NCBI GenBank assembly: GCA_963674595.2
Contig: CAXXFV010000036.1
Span: 1-64,000 of the forward strand
Length of the DNA stretch: 64,000 bases
Direction of reading: 5' to 3'
Origin: a bacterium
GTDB lineage: Bacteria > Zhuqueibacterota > Zhuqueibacteria > Residuimicrobiales > Krinioviventaceae
Shown: positions 1 to 10,687 of the stretch, piece by piece
How the letters are laid out: each line of letters starts with the position of its first letter
Position numbering within the stretch: the stretch's first letter is position 1
Position numbers and translations under genes: made by a program
The notes under the pieces: generated by a model
Told to the model about the DNA's origin: nothing
Database searches by the model: none
What the model saw: only the letters and a program-made list of their open reading frames with translations

Positions 1-333
1 GTTCAGGATGAAGAGGAACTTGGTTATTTCCATACGGCTTTTCGCCCAAATGATCTTGAATTTCTGGCCAGTAGAACGGGTTTTAGAATCATTGAATCAG
101 GTACTTTTGAAAAAGAAATAAAATACGCCTCAAAAATACCCGTGTTGTTTTTATGGACGGTTCGTCTGCTTAATCGACTGATAAAGTCCTCTTCTTTGGA
201 ACGGTGGAATGAACGTTTTGTAAAATCATTTACTATAAAAATGTACTCTTTTTTCAGTATAACAGGGTTGAAATTTTTGTTTATGCCTTTTGTTAAAGAA
301 GGTGTTCGCACCTTTATTATTATTGAAAAATAA
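1..333 (+). CDS. 5'-truncated ORF, possibly the C-terminus of a SAM-dependent methyltransferase
   Basis: Frame 1 is open from base 1 to TAA at 331-333 (VQDEEELGYFHTAFRPNDLEFLASRTGFRIIESG...). The H..F...L..L....GF.I pattern resembles class I methyltransferase C-termini. Confidence 0.45.
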   Translation, partial: VQDEEELGYFHTAFRPNDLEFLASRTGFRIIESGTFEKEIKYASKIPVLFLWTVRLLNRLIKSSSLERWNERFVKSFTIKMYSFFSITGLKFLFMPFVKEGVRTFIIIEK

Positions 334-358
334 CTGTTTCAATAAACTAACAAAACAA

Positions 359-1549
359 ATGCCCCAGATATTTTTACATATAGATATGGATGCCTTTTTT
401 GCTGCTATTGAGCAGATGGACCATCCCGAGTTTCGCAACAAACCTGTTGTTGTTGGTGCAGATCCTAAAAAGGGACTGGGCCGGGGTGTTGTTTCAACAT
501 GCAGTTATGAAGCCAGAAAGTATGGTATCCATTCTGCCATGCCGATTTCCCAGGCATATAAACGATGTCCCCATGCTGTTTATGTATTTCCAAGAGGAAA
601 ACGCTATTCACAGGTTTCAAAACAGGTTATGAGTATTCTTTATGATTTTTCTCCTGACATTGAACAAATAAGTATTGATGAAGCTTTTTTGGATATTACT
701 TCGACAAGCAAACTTTTTGGTTCTGCTGGAAATTTAGCTATGATGATGAAACAACGTATTTTGGATGAGGTGAATTTAACAGCTTCTGTCGGAATTGCGC
801 CGGTTAAATTTATTGCTAAAATTGCTTCGGATTTGGAAAAACCAAATGGTTTGGTGGAAGTTAAACCGGAAGACGTTAAAGATTTTTTACATCCGTTGGA
901 TATTTCCAGGTTGTGGGGCGTTGGGCCCAAAACACTTCCCTTGTTGAACAAAATAGGTATTAAAACCTTTGGTGATTTGGCACAATTTTCGCAAAAAGAG
1001 ATATTTCAGCGTTTTGGCAAGTTTGGATTACATTTTTGGAATTTGGCAAACGGTATTGATACCCGTAAAGTTGAAACCGAACATGCCGCCAAATCTATAA
1101 GTAAAGAAATTACATTTTTTCAGGATATTGAAAGTGATATAGAAATTGAAAACAAGCTGCTTTATTTATGCAACGAACTCAGTCATGAAATGCGGCAAAA
1201 AAATTATCACGGTAGAACAATTACCCTAAAAATTCGACTCGATGATTTTACCACCTTTTCCCGGTCTCTGACCGTACCGGCTTCTATTAATTCTTCGGAA
1301 AATATGTTCAGGATCATCAAAAAATTATATAAAAATTTTGCCAGGAGCAAAAAAGTACGGTTGCTGGGCGTTCATGTCTCTCATCTTAATATGGATGAAG
1401 GACAGCTTGATTTATTTCAGGAACAATCTGCAGGTAAGACCAAAATTGATGATGTGATTGATCACGTCCGCAAAAAGTTTGGTGAAAATTCCATTACACG
1501 GGCCAGTATTATGTCACATAAAGATGAATCGCAGTGGATTAAGGAATAG
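359..1549 (+). CDS. dinB: DNA polymerase IV (Y-family)
   Basis: HIDMDAFFAAIE, SYEARKYGI, SIDEAFLD, KPNG and WGVG motifs. C-terminal QLDLF clamp motif at 1403-1417. ATG at 359 preferred over the ORF-track start at 290. Confidence 0.95.
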   Translation: MPQIFLHIDMDAFFAAIEQMDHPEFRNKPVVVGADPKKGLGRGVVSTCSYEARKYGIHSAMPISQAYKRCPHAVYVFPRGKRYSQVSKQVMSILYDFSPDIEQISIDEAFLDITSTSKLFGSAGNLAMMMKQRILDEVNLTASVGIAPVKFIAKIASDLEKPNGLVEVKPEDVKDFLHPLDISRLWGVGPKTLPLLNKIGIKTFGDLAQFSQKEIFQRFGKFGLHFWNLANGIDTRKVETEHAAKSISKEITFFQDIESDIEIENKLLYLCNELSHEMRQKNYHGRTITLKIRLDDFTTFSRSLTVPASINSSENMFRIIKKLYKNFARSKKVRLLGVHVSHLNMDEGQLDLFQEQSAGKTKIDDVIDHVRKKFGENSITRASIMSHKDESQWIKE

Positions 1550-1557
1550 AGGCTGAT

Positions 1558-3546
1558 ATGTTGAAGAGTTTTAAGGTCAAATTTCGCCGCTTAAAAGCCA
1601 TGCCTCTTGCAGAAGTTTTGCACCGCTCAAGTGTGGCAGTTTATGATAAATTGCAAAAACATAAACTGCAAAATAACAGGCTTGATGCTGCGACTTTGTT
1701 TTTAAACAATGAAAAAGGCTCCAACGTATTTAAAAATTTTATATCGAATAAAATTTTTGCATGGCAGCATATAAATCCGGAAGAAATCGCTTCTTTTTTT
1801 GAGACCACACTAAAAAATAATAAAAATGAGACCTTAATCACAGCAGGTCATATCCTTGATCACGAATTTAAAGTATTTAATTGTGAGCATGTTTTTAAAA
1901 AGGAGATTAACTGGCACAAGGACCCGTTTACACAAAACATATTGCCGCAATGTTATTGGAAGAGTTTAGATTACTGGAACTCTGAAACCATAACTGAGGT
2001 CAAATATGTTTGGGAGTTTAACAGGCATAACCATTTTGTAACATTGGCCCGTGCTTATTATTTGACAAAAGATGAAAAATATACCCAGGAATTGTTATCT
2101 CAATGGTCTTCCTGGATTGATCAAAATCCCTATTTGATTGGTATAAACTGGACCAGTTCTCTGGAATGTGCCCTGCGGCTTGTTTCCTGGACATGGGCTT
2201 TGCAATTTACTAAAGAGTGCAAAAGTTTTAATTCGGATTTATTTGACAAAATAGCCTGCTCTGTTAAAGATCATGGTGAATATATTTACCATCATTTGTC
2301 AAAATATTCTTCCGCCAACAATCACTTGATCGGCGAGGCAATCGGGCTCATTTATGCAGGATGTTATTATCCCTTTTTGTCGGAAGCTAAAAAATGGCGG
2401 AATCGTGGTTTTCACATTTTGTTCAATAACCTTCCGAAACTTGTTTATTCGGACGGTGTGTGTAAGGAACAGACGCCGTTTTACCAGGTTTTTATTTTTA
2501 ATCTGGCTGTGCTTGGACTTTTAGCCGCTCAACATGAAAACAGACAGGTTCCGAAAGAATTTTTATCAAGAATGGAAAAAATGGCTGATTTTATCTATAC
2601 ATTGATGGATAGGCATGGAAATGTACCCAATATCGGTGACAATGATCATGGATATGCTGTCTATTTATCGGATGCCGACCACAGCATTTTTTCCAGCATG
2701 TTAAGCATTTCAAGGGTTCTTTTTAATAGAGACAGTTTCCAGGACAAATGTAATCCATCTGACGAGACGGCATTTTGGCTTTTGGGAGAGAAAAGTGAAC
2801 AATCGTCCGTTTCTGAACATTCGTTTTTATCAACAGTTACGTCCTTTCCGGAAGGCGGTTATTATATTATAACATCTGATTCACAACCTCATCAGCAAAT
2901 TGTTTTTGATTGCGGTCCGTTGGGTTTTGGCGCTTTGGCTGCTCACGGGCATGCCGATGCCCTGAGTGTCATGTTTTCTGTTAATGGACAACCGGTTTTA
3001 ATCGATAGCGGTACGTATATGTATTTAGGTGCCCGGGAGCACAGAAATTATTTTCGCGGTACCGATGCTCACAATACATTGGTTTTAAATAAAAAAGACC
3101 AGTCCGAACCCCTGGGACCTTTTCAATGGGGCCGAAAGGCCGATTCTGTTCTGGATGAAATTGTGGAAACAGAATCCGGCGTGCTTATTTCCGGGTATCA
3201 TAACGGCTATAAAGAGGATGGCGTTATCCATCACCGAAAAATCGAATGGAACAAATATACACTTTGGACCATCTCTGATACTTTACATGGCAAAAAAAAT
3301 CATGATTTTCAAATCAACTTTCATCTTTCTCCCTGTGAATTAATATGCAATGATGTGACGGCGACAGCCAGATATCCGGGATTTGATGTTTTATTTTCTG
3401 TAAAAACAGATTTACTTTGTTTTGTTCAAAAAACCGGTTGGCATTCGGAAAATTTTGGAGAAAAAAAAGCCCATCCCGTGCTGGCACTGGTTGGTGTTCG
3501 TCAACTTCCCTGTGAGATTGTAACCCGGATGGAAATAAAAATATGA
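1558..3546 (+). CDS. Heparinase II/III family protein
   Basis: KYVWEFNRH, GINWTSSLECALR, SSANNHLI, AHGHADALS, DSGTY and AHNTL motifs. Confidence 0.88.
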   Translation: MLKSFKVKFRRLKAMPLAEVLHRSSVAVYDKLQKHKLQNNRLDAATLFLNNEKGSNVFKNFISNKIFAWQHINPEEIASFFETTLKNNKNETLITAGHILDHEFKVFNCEHVFKKEINWHKDPFTQNILPQCYWKSLDYWNSETITEVKYVWEFNRHNHFVTLARAYYLTKDEKYTQELLSQWSSWIDQNPYLIGINWTSSLECALRLVSWTWALQFTKECKSFNSDLFDKIACSVKDHGEYIYHHLSKYSSANNHLIGEAIGLIYAGCYYPFLSEAKKWRNRGFHILFNNLPKLVYSDGVCKEQTPFYQVFIFNLAVLGLLAAQHENRQVPKEFLSRMEKMADFIYTLMDRHGNVPNIGDNDHGYAVYLSDADHSIFSSMLSISRVLFNRDSFQDKCNPSDETAFWLLGEKSEQSSVSEHSFLSTVTSFPEGGYYIITSDSQPHQQIVFDCGPLGFGALAAHGHADALSVMFSVNGQPVLIDSGTYMYLGAREHRNYFRGTDAHNTLVLNKKDQSEPLGPFQWGRKADSVLDEIVETESGVLISGYHNGYKEDGVIHHRKIEWNKYTLWTISDTLHGKKNHDFQINFHLSPCELICNDVTATARYPGFDVLFSVKTDLLCFVQKTGWHSENFGEKKAHPVLALVGVRQLPCEIVTRMEIKI

Positions 3547-4316
3547 AAAATAACGTTGTAAAATGGGTCATCCCTTTAGCGGCTGCTGCTGTTATTGCTG
3601 CTATTCTCTCAATTATTTTTTTGGAACAATATGCTGCCGGAATAATCATTGGTATCATTTCCGCTTTTGTCGGTCTGGTTGTAGGATTTTGGTTGATAAA
3701 ACAACCCATTTCTCATTTGGAACGACCGTTGATTGATAAAAATTTTGATAAACATTTACCGGTGCAACTTTCATCACTTTTTTTGTTCAACACACTGCAT
3801 AATATAAAGGCCCTTATGCTTGTCGATACGGGAAAGGCTGATGAAGTGACTGAAAATTTGGCCGGTCTTGTACATATTATGAGCGAAATGAATCATGCGG
3901 AAATGACATTGTTGACTGAAGAGTTAAAATGTGTTAATTTATACCTTGAAATTGAAAAATACCGATTGGGTTATCGTTTTGAATTTTTAAGAGACATTGA
4001 TGCTGAGTGTTATGAAAAGCATGTACCGACATTTTTATTATTGCCATTGTTTGAAGATATTATTCGTTATGGTGTTGAGCAGCAAGAGGACATTATCCAG
4101 ATATTTTTATCCGGCAAGGTTAAAGATGAAGGAGTGATTTTGGAAATTAGCGATAACAGTGAAGAACATAATGAGCATGATCCGTATTTTGAAAAACGTC
4201 TCTTAACAGTTGAAAATATTAAAGAAAAATTAAACTCTATATATGGACATAAAGCATCTATTGCAATTGAGGCCCTTGTACCTTCAGGAGCCCGTGTAAA
4301 AATTATTTTACCGTAA
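3543..4316 (+). CDS. Membrane-anchored LytS/YehU-like (His_kinase) protein with degenerate catalytic motifs
   Basis: Two TM helices, then QLSSLFLFNTL, EELKCVNLYLEIEKYRLG and PTFLLLPLFEDIIRYG. H-box His, N-box Asn and G-box are absent. Confidence 0.75.
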   Translation: MKNNVVKWVIPLAAAAVIAAILSIIFLEQYAAGIIIGIISAFVGLVVGFWLIKQPISHLERPLIDKNFDKHLPVQLSSLFLFNTLHNIKALMLVDTGKADEVTENLAGLVHIMSEMNHAEMTLLTEELKCVNLYLEIEKYRLGYRFEFLRDIDAECYEKHVPTFLLLPLFEDIIRYGVEQQEDIIQIFLSGKVKDEGVILEISDNSEEHNEHDPYFEKRLLTVENIKEKLNSIYGHKASIAIEALVPSGARVKIILP

Positions 4317-4347
4317 TGCAAACTGAGAGATAAGCATCGGAGTTGTT

Positions 4348-6408
4348 ATGAGAATTTTTATTTGTGTATTGTTTTTATTTTTTACCGGGTTAAAGGCGGA
4401 ACCTGTTTCTGTTATTTTTAAGATTAATTTTGACAAAACTTTTGAACAGGAAGATGACTCGACCCTGGTTAAAAAGATAAAAGCAGTTATTGAGGATAAA
4501 GAACAATTCAATATCGTTCTTCAAGATTCATTAATTGACTTGAAAAAACACTCGACACTTGATGTAGACAGCAATTTAGTCCTTTTAGAAAATTCAACCC
4601 TTGCTCAATGCATTGTTTTATCTGCCGGAATTGATTCATGCTGCCAAAATATTTTAAATTTGAGAGCGACTGAATTTGCTACTAAAACTTTGATAGACAG
4701 CATATCAATAAAATTTTCTCTGTCGGAAGCAGATCTGGTACAAATGCAAACCCATTTGAGGATCTTTTTAGACGATTTGAATTCTAAAAAAACTCACATG
4801 GGATATGTTATTCCGAATATTGCTGTAAATGTGGTTGTTGGGGAACATCAGATTTTTGATGACAATAGAATTAACAAATTTTTGGACATATTTAAAGCAA
4901 ACAACCAACAGTGTAGATATATTGATTATGAATATTTCAAGAGTCTTGAAGATGAACCGGATACTATTTTCAAGTCCTTCAATTTAAACTCACTTACTTT
5001 TATAGATATAGATTCCGTAAACAATTACAATATAAATATTTCCTTTGCAGCCGATTCTTTTGTTTCCATTCACAGTGTTCCGTTTCCGTTTTGGCCGAAA
5101 CAAGCCGGGCTGACGGATTTTTCGTTCACCCTGGACAGCCTTTGTTTTGATACGATGAAACAAAGTATGGCAGACAGTATAATGGATGAAAATTGCCATG
5201 ATGAAAGTATAAAATCCGCCCTGGCAAGTACTTTAGTTTTTTATCTTGATAATAAAATATCGGCTGATCAGGATTCAAGTTTTGATCAAAATTCCGGTTT
5301 AAAGGAACAGGGAAATTATTTTGAGAAACTAATAACGTTATATCCGGATTCCGGGTTGACAAACGCCTGGATTGCTTTTAATTATGCAAATTTTCTGGCC
5401 ATGAATCAAGAGCATGAAAACGCGTTGAATTTTTATAAAACAGCACATACCGGATTTACCATAAATGATGATTCCGTTGGTATCGCTTTGGTGATGTATG
5501 CCAGAGGCAAGACATTCAACAGTTTAAAAAACCGGGACAAAGCACGCGAAAATTTTCAAGGCGCACTTTATTTTGCCCGGGGTTTTAAAGATAGTCTATC
5601 AATGTCAAAAATTTATTATCAATTGGCTGTTTTGGCTGAACTGCAGCAGGACTATTTAAATGCGGCCAATCATTTTAATTCCTGTCTTGCTTTGATCAAG
5701 AAGGACTTTCCCTATCAGGCAATGGAAATTTACCAGCATCTTGGAATCATCTACAGGGAGTTGGAAGATTTTGAAAGTTCCAAAACTTTTATAGAAAAAT
5801 ATATTGAAAAAAGCCGCGAACTGAAAAGTGAACCCGGCCAGGCCAAAGGCTGTTTTCAGATGGGCATTACCCTGGCGGATATGAATCAATTATATGATGC
5901 TATTCAATATTTCCGGTCTGCTATTGATTTTATGGAAATATTGGGAGATTCTGCCGCAATGGTTCAAACAGACCATAATATTGGTGCGGCCTATACCCGG
6001 CTGAGTGAATATTCAAATGCCCAACAACATTTTGAAGCGGCGCTGATTGTTGCTAAAGCCATGTCCGATACATCTTTTATTATAAAAAGTATAATTAATA
6101 TCGGCGAATTATACGCTGAGCAGCTAAAATATGATCAGGCACAGGAGGTATTTCAGGAAGCCTGGTCGCTGGCAGTTGATTCCAGAAAATCGGATTACAG
6201 GACCCAGGTCCTATATTCCAGGGGACTAGCTCATTTGAAAGAGGGCCGATTAAAAACCGGTTATTATGAAGTTAAAGAGGCCATAGAGTTGTCAAATGGT
6301 TTGGTCCATGGAGACGCAGATACCAGCAGGGCCTTTTTAACCAAACTGGAAGGATTGATCGGAGAAATTCAGGATATACACTCACAGGCAAATGGAATTC
6401 CACAATAA
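4348..6408 (+). CDS. Secreted tetratricopeptide-repeat protein
   Basis: N-terminal signal peptide and multiple TPR-like repeats in the C-terminal half (e.g. YQHLGIIYRELEDFESS, HNIGAAYTRLSEYSNA). Confidence 0.8.
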   Translation: MRIFICVLFLFFTGLKAEPVSVIFKINFDKTFEQEDDSTLVKKIKAVIEDKEQFNIVLQDSLIDLKKHSTLDVDSNLVLLENSTLAQCIVLSAGIDSCCQNILNLRATEFATKTLIDSISIKFSLSEADLVQMQTHLRIFLDDLNSKKTHMGYVIPNIAVNVVVGEHQIFDDNRINKFLDIFKANNQQCRYIDYEYFKSLEDEPDTIFKSFNLNSLTFIDIDSVNNYNINISFAADSFVSIHSVPFPFWPKQAGLTDFSFTLDSLCFDTMKQSMADSIMDENCHDESIKSALASTLVFYLDNKISADQDSSFDQNSGLKEQGNYFEKLITLYPDSGLTNAWIAFNYANFLAMNQEHENALNFYKTAHTGFTINDDSVGIALVMYARGKTFNSLKNRDKARENFQGALYFARGFKDSLSMSKIYYQLAVLAELQQDYLNAANHFNSCLALIKKDFPYQAMEIYQHLGIIYRELEDFESSKTFIEKYIEKSRELKSEPGQAKGCFQMGITLADMNQLYDAIQYFRSAIDFMEILGDSAAMVQTDHNIGAAYTRLSEYSNAQQHFEAALIVAKAMSDTSFIIKSIINIGELYAEQLKYDQAQEVFQEAWSLAVDSRKSDYRTQVLYSRGLAHLKEGRLKTGYYEVKEAIELSNGLVHGDADTSRAFLTKLEGLIGEIQDIHSQANGIPQ

Positions 6409-7140
6409 ATGATGACAAAATTACACCGAACTTTAAACGCCAGGCTGGATAAAGCTGTCTGGGAATATAAAATGCTGCAGGATAATGACGGTGTGTTGTT
6501 TGCTGTTTCCGGTGGTGCCGATTCCATGGCATTGCTTGATTTGTTCCATTTCAGATTTGATGTTTATGGCAAAAATATAAAGTTTCATGCCGTGTATGTG
6601 GATCTCGGATTTGGTGATGCCGCTTCCGAACGGTGCCGGACCATGCAGCACTATTTTGATGAAAAAAATGTCACAAGCAAAATTATTGAGACAGACATCG
6701 GTCCCTATGCACATAGTGAAAAAAATCGGGAAAATCCCTGTTTTTTATGTACCCGTATTCGCCGTAAAAAAATATTTGAAACCGCCGAAGAATTCGGGTG
6801 TAATAAAATTGTCTTCGGGCACCACAAGGATGATATTACCGAAACTTTGCTTCTTAACATGATTATGAACCGGGAAATAAGTACCATGCCGCCTATGCTT
6901 GAGGTTTTTCAGGGCAAGTATAGTATTTTAAGACCATTCGTGTTTGTTGAAGAAGATTTGATAAAAAAATATGTATATGAAAGAAACCTGCCTTCATTTG
7001 ACCAGCTTTGTCCGACAGACGGCCACTCCAAAAGGCAATATATTAAAACACTCCTTTCACAATTAGAAACTGATTACAAAGGGGCAAAGGAAAATATCTT
7101 TGCCAGCATGAAACGGGTAAAAACAGATTATTTATTATAA
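6409..7140 (+). CDS. ttcA: tRNA 2-thiocytidine biosynthesis protein TtcA-like (PP-loop ATPase)
   Basis: AVSGGADS PP-loop, PCFLC, GHHKDD..ET, LRP and CP motifs. Confidence 0.85.
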   Translation: MMTKLHRTLNARLDKAVWEYKMLQDNDGVLFAVSGGADSMALLDLFHFRFDVYGKNIKFHAVYVDLGFGDAASERCRTMQHYFDEKNVTSKIIETDIGPYAHSEKNRENPCFLCTRIRRKKIFETAEEFGCNKIVFGHHKDDITETLLLNMIMNREISTMPPMLEVFQGKYSILRPFVFVEEDLIKKYVYERNLPSFDQLCPTDGHSKRQYIKTLLSQLETDYKGAKENIFASMKRVKTDYLL

Positions 7141-7159
7141 CCGGTGTCCTTTGATAATC

Positions 7160-7188
7160 TTGATTTACTGTTTTTTTTTTAGTACTTT
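7160..7188 (+). promoter_or_regulatory. Putative sigma70 promoter for the GT4-M23-rhomboid genes
   Basis: TTGATT-17 bp-TACTTT. The spacer contains a T10 run. Confidence 0.4.
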
Positions 7189-7241
7189 AAAGGACTAGAG
7201 TCGTTATAATCTATTGGATGTTAGAGTCTGTAAAGGTCCTT

Positions 7242-8525
7242 GTGAAAAAAGTACTGTTTATTGCCTATTATTTTCCTCCGCTGGGAATGGGGGGGACGCA
7301 AAGAGCATTAAAATTTGTCAAATATTTGCCGGATTTCGGATGGCAGCCGACGGTTATAACCGTGAAAGACATCCTGTATTGGGCACGTGATGACAAAATG
7401 CTTGATGATTTGGAAAATGTCCGGGTTATTCGAACAGATTCTTTTGATTTTCAACGATTATATACCAAATTTTTCAAGCCTCCGTTACATCAGCCCCATC
7501 AAAGAACTAAATCGTCCGGGAAAGGCAAACTGGAATTTATCAACAAACATATCATTCCTTTCTTTTTTCTGCCGGACAATAAAATTTTATGGAAATGGCA
7601 TGTTTTAAAGACCGTTGAAAAGCTATATAAAGAAGAAAAATTTGATGCGGTTATAACAACCTCCCCACCGCATTCAGCCCATTTGATCGGGCATAAAATT
7701 GCCAAAAAATATAACATAAAGTGGATTGCTGATTTTAGGGACGCCTGGACGGATGGAATGTATGTTTATGACAAAACATTGATCCATAAAAATATTAATC
7801 ATTATTTTGAAAATAAAGTATGTGTCAAGTCCGATGCCATTATCTGCACAGCGCCTTCTGTCATCGATCATTTGGGCCGTCATGTTGACAGGAATAAAAT
7901 TTCATTTATTCCCAACGGCTATGATCAGGACGATTTTAATGTTTCTCAAACAAAAGATAATAAATATTTTACAATATGCTATTCCGGTTCTGTTTCTCAA
8001 GCCAGCCGGCCCGATGCATTTTTTCAGGCCCTTGTACGAATTCGTGAAAATTCTCCGCATATATATGATCAAATAAAAGTGAATTTTGTAGGACTGGATA
8101 TTTCCGGTGAATTGGATGATGCTATTAAAAAATATGGATTGAGTGATAGAGTTAATATTATTGGCTACCGATCTCATCAGGAAATGATGGCGTTCCTGGT
8201 AAATTCGGACCTTTTACTTTTAATCGCTTTGGGCGGAGATAAGGCGAAATATATTCCCGGTAAAGCATTTGAATATATAGGCAGTGGAAAGCCAATCCTG
8301 CTTATCGGAGATGTTAAAGATACCCTGGATATTCTGAAAAATTATTCACATTGTTTTTCTTTTTTCCCTTTTAAAGTTGATAGAATTGCAGAAAAAATAG
8401 AGCAGCTTGTGCAAAATAGAGCGGAATATATAGAACCTGATCCGGGTTTTCAACAGCAGTTCTGTCGTAAAAATCAAACAGGACAATTAGCACAAATTTT
8501 GAACCAAGTTACTGAAATTGAGTGA
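7242..8525 (+). CDS. Glycosyltransferase family 4
   Basis: KKVLFIAYYFPP..GG.QR, TTSPPHS, ADFRDAW, IPNGYD and IPGKAFEY motifs. GTG start at 7242 likely (ORF track gives 7218). Confidence 0.9.
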   Translation: MKKVLFIAYYFPPLGMGGTQRALKFVKYLPDFGWQPTVITVKDILYWARDDKMLDDLENVRVIRTDSFDFQRLYTKFFKPPLHQPHQRTKSSGKGKLEFINKHIIPFFFLPDNKILWKWHVLKTVEKLYKEEKFDAVITTSPPHSAHLIGHKIAKKYNIKWIADFRDAWTDGMYVYDKTLIHKNINHYFENKVCVKSDAIICTAPSVIDHLGRHVDRNKISFIPNGYDQDDFNVSQTKDNKYFTICYSGSVSQASRPDAFFQALVRIRENSPHIYDQIKVNFVGLDISGELDDAIKKYGLSDRVNIIGYRSHQEMMAFLVNSDLLLLIALGGDKAKYIPGKAFEYIGSGKPILLIGDVKDTLDILKNYSHCFSFFPFKVDRIAEKIEQLVQNRAEYIEPDPGFQQQFCRKNQTGQLAQILNQVTEIE

Positions 8526-10681
8526 ATCTCATGAAACTAACCTTTTTTTATGTTTGTATAGTTTTCATTATTTCAATACAAAATACTTTTTCTCAGGAAT
8601 ACATCTGGCCGACAGATGCCAGTCATGCCCTGACCTCCACCTTTTGTGAGTACCGTCCGGGGCGCTATCATGCCGGCATTGATATTAAAACCTGGGGACA
8701 GGAAGGATATAAAATTTTCGCTATTCGTTCGGGACATATTTCCCGAATACGTGTATCACCTTTTGGATATGGTCGTGCTTTATATCTAACGCTGGATAAC
8801 GGTGAGACTGTTATTTATGCACATTTGCAAAAATTTAATACCGAGATAGAACAATATGTTGAAGAGCAGCAGCAAATAAAAGGAAAATTTAGTATTCAAC
8901 TATATCCGGGTTCCGGCAAGTTTCGATATCAGCAGGGAGATTTGCTCGGATACACGGGGCAGACCGGAATTGGTTACCCGCACTTGCATTTTGAAATGCG
9001 AAACAAGCACAATCAGCCGATAAATCCTTTTTTGCGAAACTACAAGGTAGATGATAATCTTGCTCCTTTTGTAACGAAAATTCTGTTTTCACCGCTGGAT
9101 GCATTTTCTACAGTTAACGGCTCACATCATCCTCAAATTTTTTATGTAACAAACAATGGCAGACATACATATTCCATAAACCAACCCATCCATGTTACCG
9201 GACGTATTGGTGTGGCTGTCTCCGCCTATGATCAGATGGAGAATATTCACAATAAATTTGGTATTTATAAATATCAGTTGGCAATTGATGATTCTGTCAT
9301 GTTTTCTGCGAAATATGACGAATTTTCCTATTCTGAAAACAATCAGGCCACACTGGACCGGGATTTCCGGCAATATGTATTGGGAAACGGGCTTTTTTAC
9401 TGTTTATACCGGGATATCGGAAATACGTTGCCGCATTATAAAAATCCGAATACTTTATACGGCGTCCTGAATTTTGATAGTGAAAATTCCCTGCAAAATT
9501 TTGAACATTCTTATGTTGACATTCCCGATAATGTTTTTAACGTAGGTGGGGGAGAACACGAATTTGAAATTAAAGTCGCTGATTTTTGGAACAATACCAG
9601 CACGGTCACCGGTACGGTTATTTGCAATTCTTCGAGCAATTCGTTAGATTCGATAAAACCTGTATCCCTGCAATCTGTGGCATTGACCGAATCGTTGGAC
9701 CTGCAAATAAATTCTCTTATGGATGATTCAAGTGCCTTGATGGACAATCCGGGTTTTCCATTGTCCTTATCGGATGTTATCTTTTATGACCGTTATTTTG
9801 TTTTAGAGTTTACAGCCAAACATACAATATCTCATCCTATTTTTCTGTCCGGTTGGATGCCCGGCGGCCAGTTACTGGAACAAAAGCTGACAAAAACAAA
9901 TAACGTATATACTTGCAGTTGGCCGTTAAGTAAGGAAATGATTGGGCCGCTGCCTTTGGAAATATCGACTCTAAATGAATTTGGTAAAACTCTCAGGGAT
10001 AAAGTTTGGATTGATTTTGTAACAGTTCGAAAGGGCCAGTCTAAAAATGTGCTGACAAAAGACGGCCTGTGTGTCATTTCTTTTCACTCCAACTCTTTGT
10101 TTAAAGATATATTTACAAGAACGCATACAGACACGGATACGACCAAAAACGGATATGATCGTCTTTCACATATTTATGACATTGACCCGGATGACGTACC
10201 CCTGGATAAGGGCGCGGATATTTCCATTCAATATGATATAAATACGGAATTACCATATCAGCTTGGACTTTATTATCTGCATCCGAAAAGTAAAAAATGG
10301 ATATTTTTCGGAAACCGGCACAATTCTAACCAGCATACCATATCCGGTAAAGTAACCAGTTTTGGACGTTTTTGTTTAATTCGTGATAATGAACCGCCTG
10401 AAATAAAATCCCTGTTCCCCTATGATTCGTCTCGAATTATCCAATCTCATCCGATGCTTACGGCTGTTTTTAGTGATCAATTATCAGGGATAAGCGGAGA
10501 GGATAACAGGGTTTTATTGCTTGATAATCATAAAGTTATTGCAGAATTTGACCCGGAAAATAAAAAATTGTTTTACAAACCGAAACTACCGTTGAGTAAA
10601 GGTAAACATACAGTCACCTTAAAGGTAAAAGACCGCTCCGGCAATGTAAATTCACAAACTAATACTTTTTGGATAGATTAA
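8522..10681 (+). CDS. M23 family metallopeptidase with extended C-terminal beta domains
   Basis: Signal peptide, HAGID, YAHL and PHLHFE zinc motifs. Confidence 0.88.
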   Translation: MNLMKLTFFYVCIVFIISIQNTFSQEYIWPTDASHALTSTFCEYRPGRYHAGIDIKTWGQEGYKIFAIRSGHISRIRVSPFGYGRALYLTLDNGETVIYAHLQKFNTEIEQYVEEQQQIKGKFSIQLYPGSGKFRYQQGDLLGYTGQTGIGYPHLHFEMRNKHNQPINPFLRNYKVDDNLAPFVTKILFSPLDAFSTVNGSHHPQIFYVTNNGRHTYSINQPIHVTGRIGVAVSAYDQMENIHNKFGIYKYQLAIDDSVMFSAKYDEFSYSENNQATLDRDFRQYVLGNGLFYCLYRDIGNTLPHYKNPNTLYGVLNFDSENSLQNFEHSYVDIPDNVFNVGGGEHEFEIKVADFWNNTSTVTGTVICNSSSNSLDSIKPVSLQSVALTESLDLQINSLMDDSSALMDNPGFPLSLSDVIFYDRYFVLEFTAKHTISHPIFLSGWMPGGQLLEQKLTKTNNVYTCSWPLSKEMIGPLPLEISTLNEFGKTLRDKVWIDFVTVRKGQSKNVLTKDGLCVISFHSNSLFKDIFTRTHTDTDTTKNGYDRLSHIYDIDPDDVPLDKGADISIQYDINTELPYQLGLYYLHPKSKKWIFFGNRHNSNQHTISGKVTSFGRFCLIRDNEPPEIKSLFPYDSSRIIQSHPMLTAVFSDQLSGISGEDNRVLLLDNHKVIAEFDPENKKLFYKPKLPLSKGKHTVTLKVKDRSGNVNSQTNTFWID

Positions 10682-10687
10682 ATATAA

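Noticed and set aside
290-358. Longer dinB N-terminus, or an SOS box upstream of dinB
   Set aside because: The extension overlaps the upstream ORF, homology starts at ATG 359, and no AAC-N4-GTT palindrome was found there.
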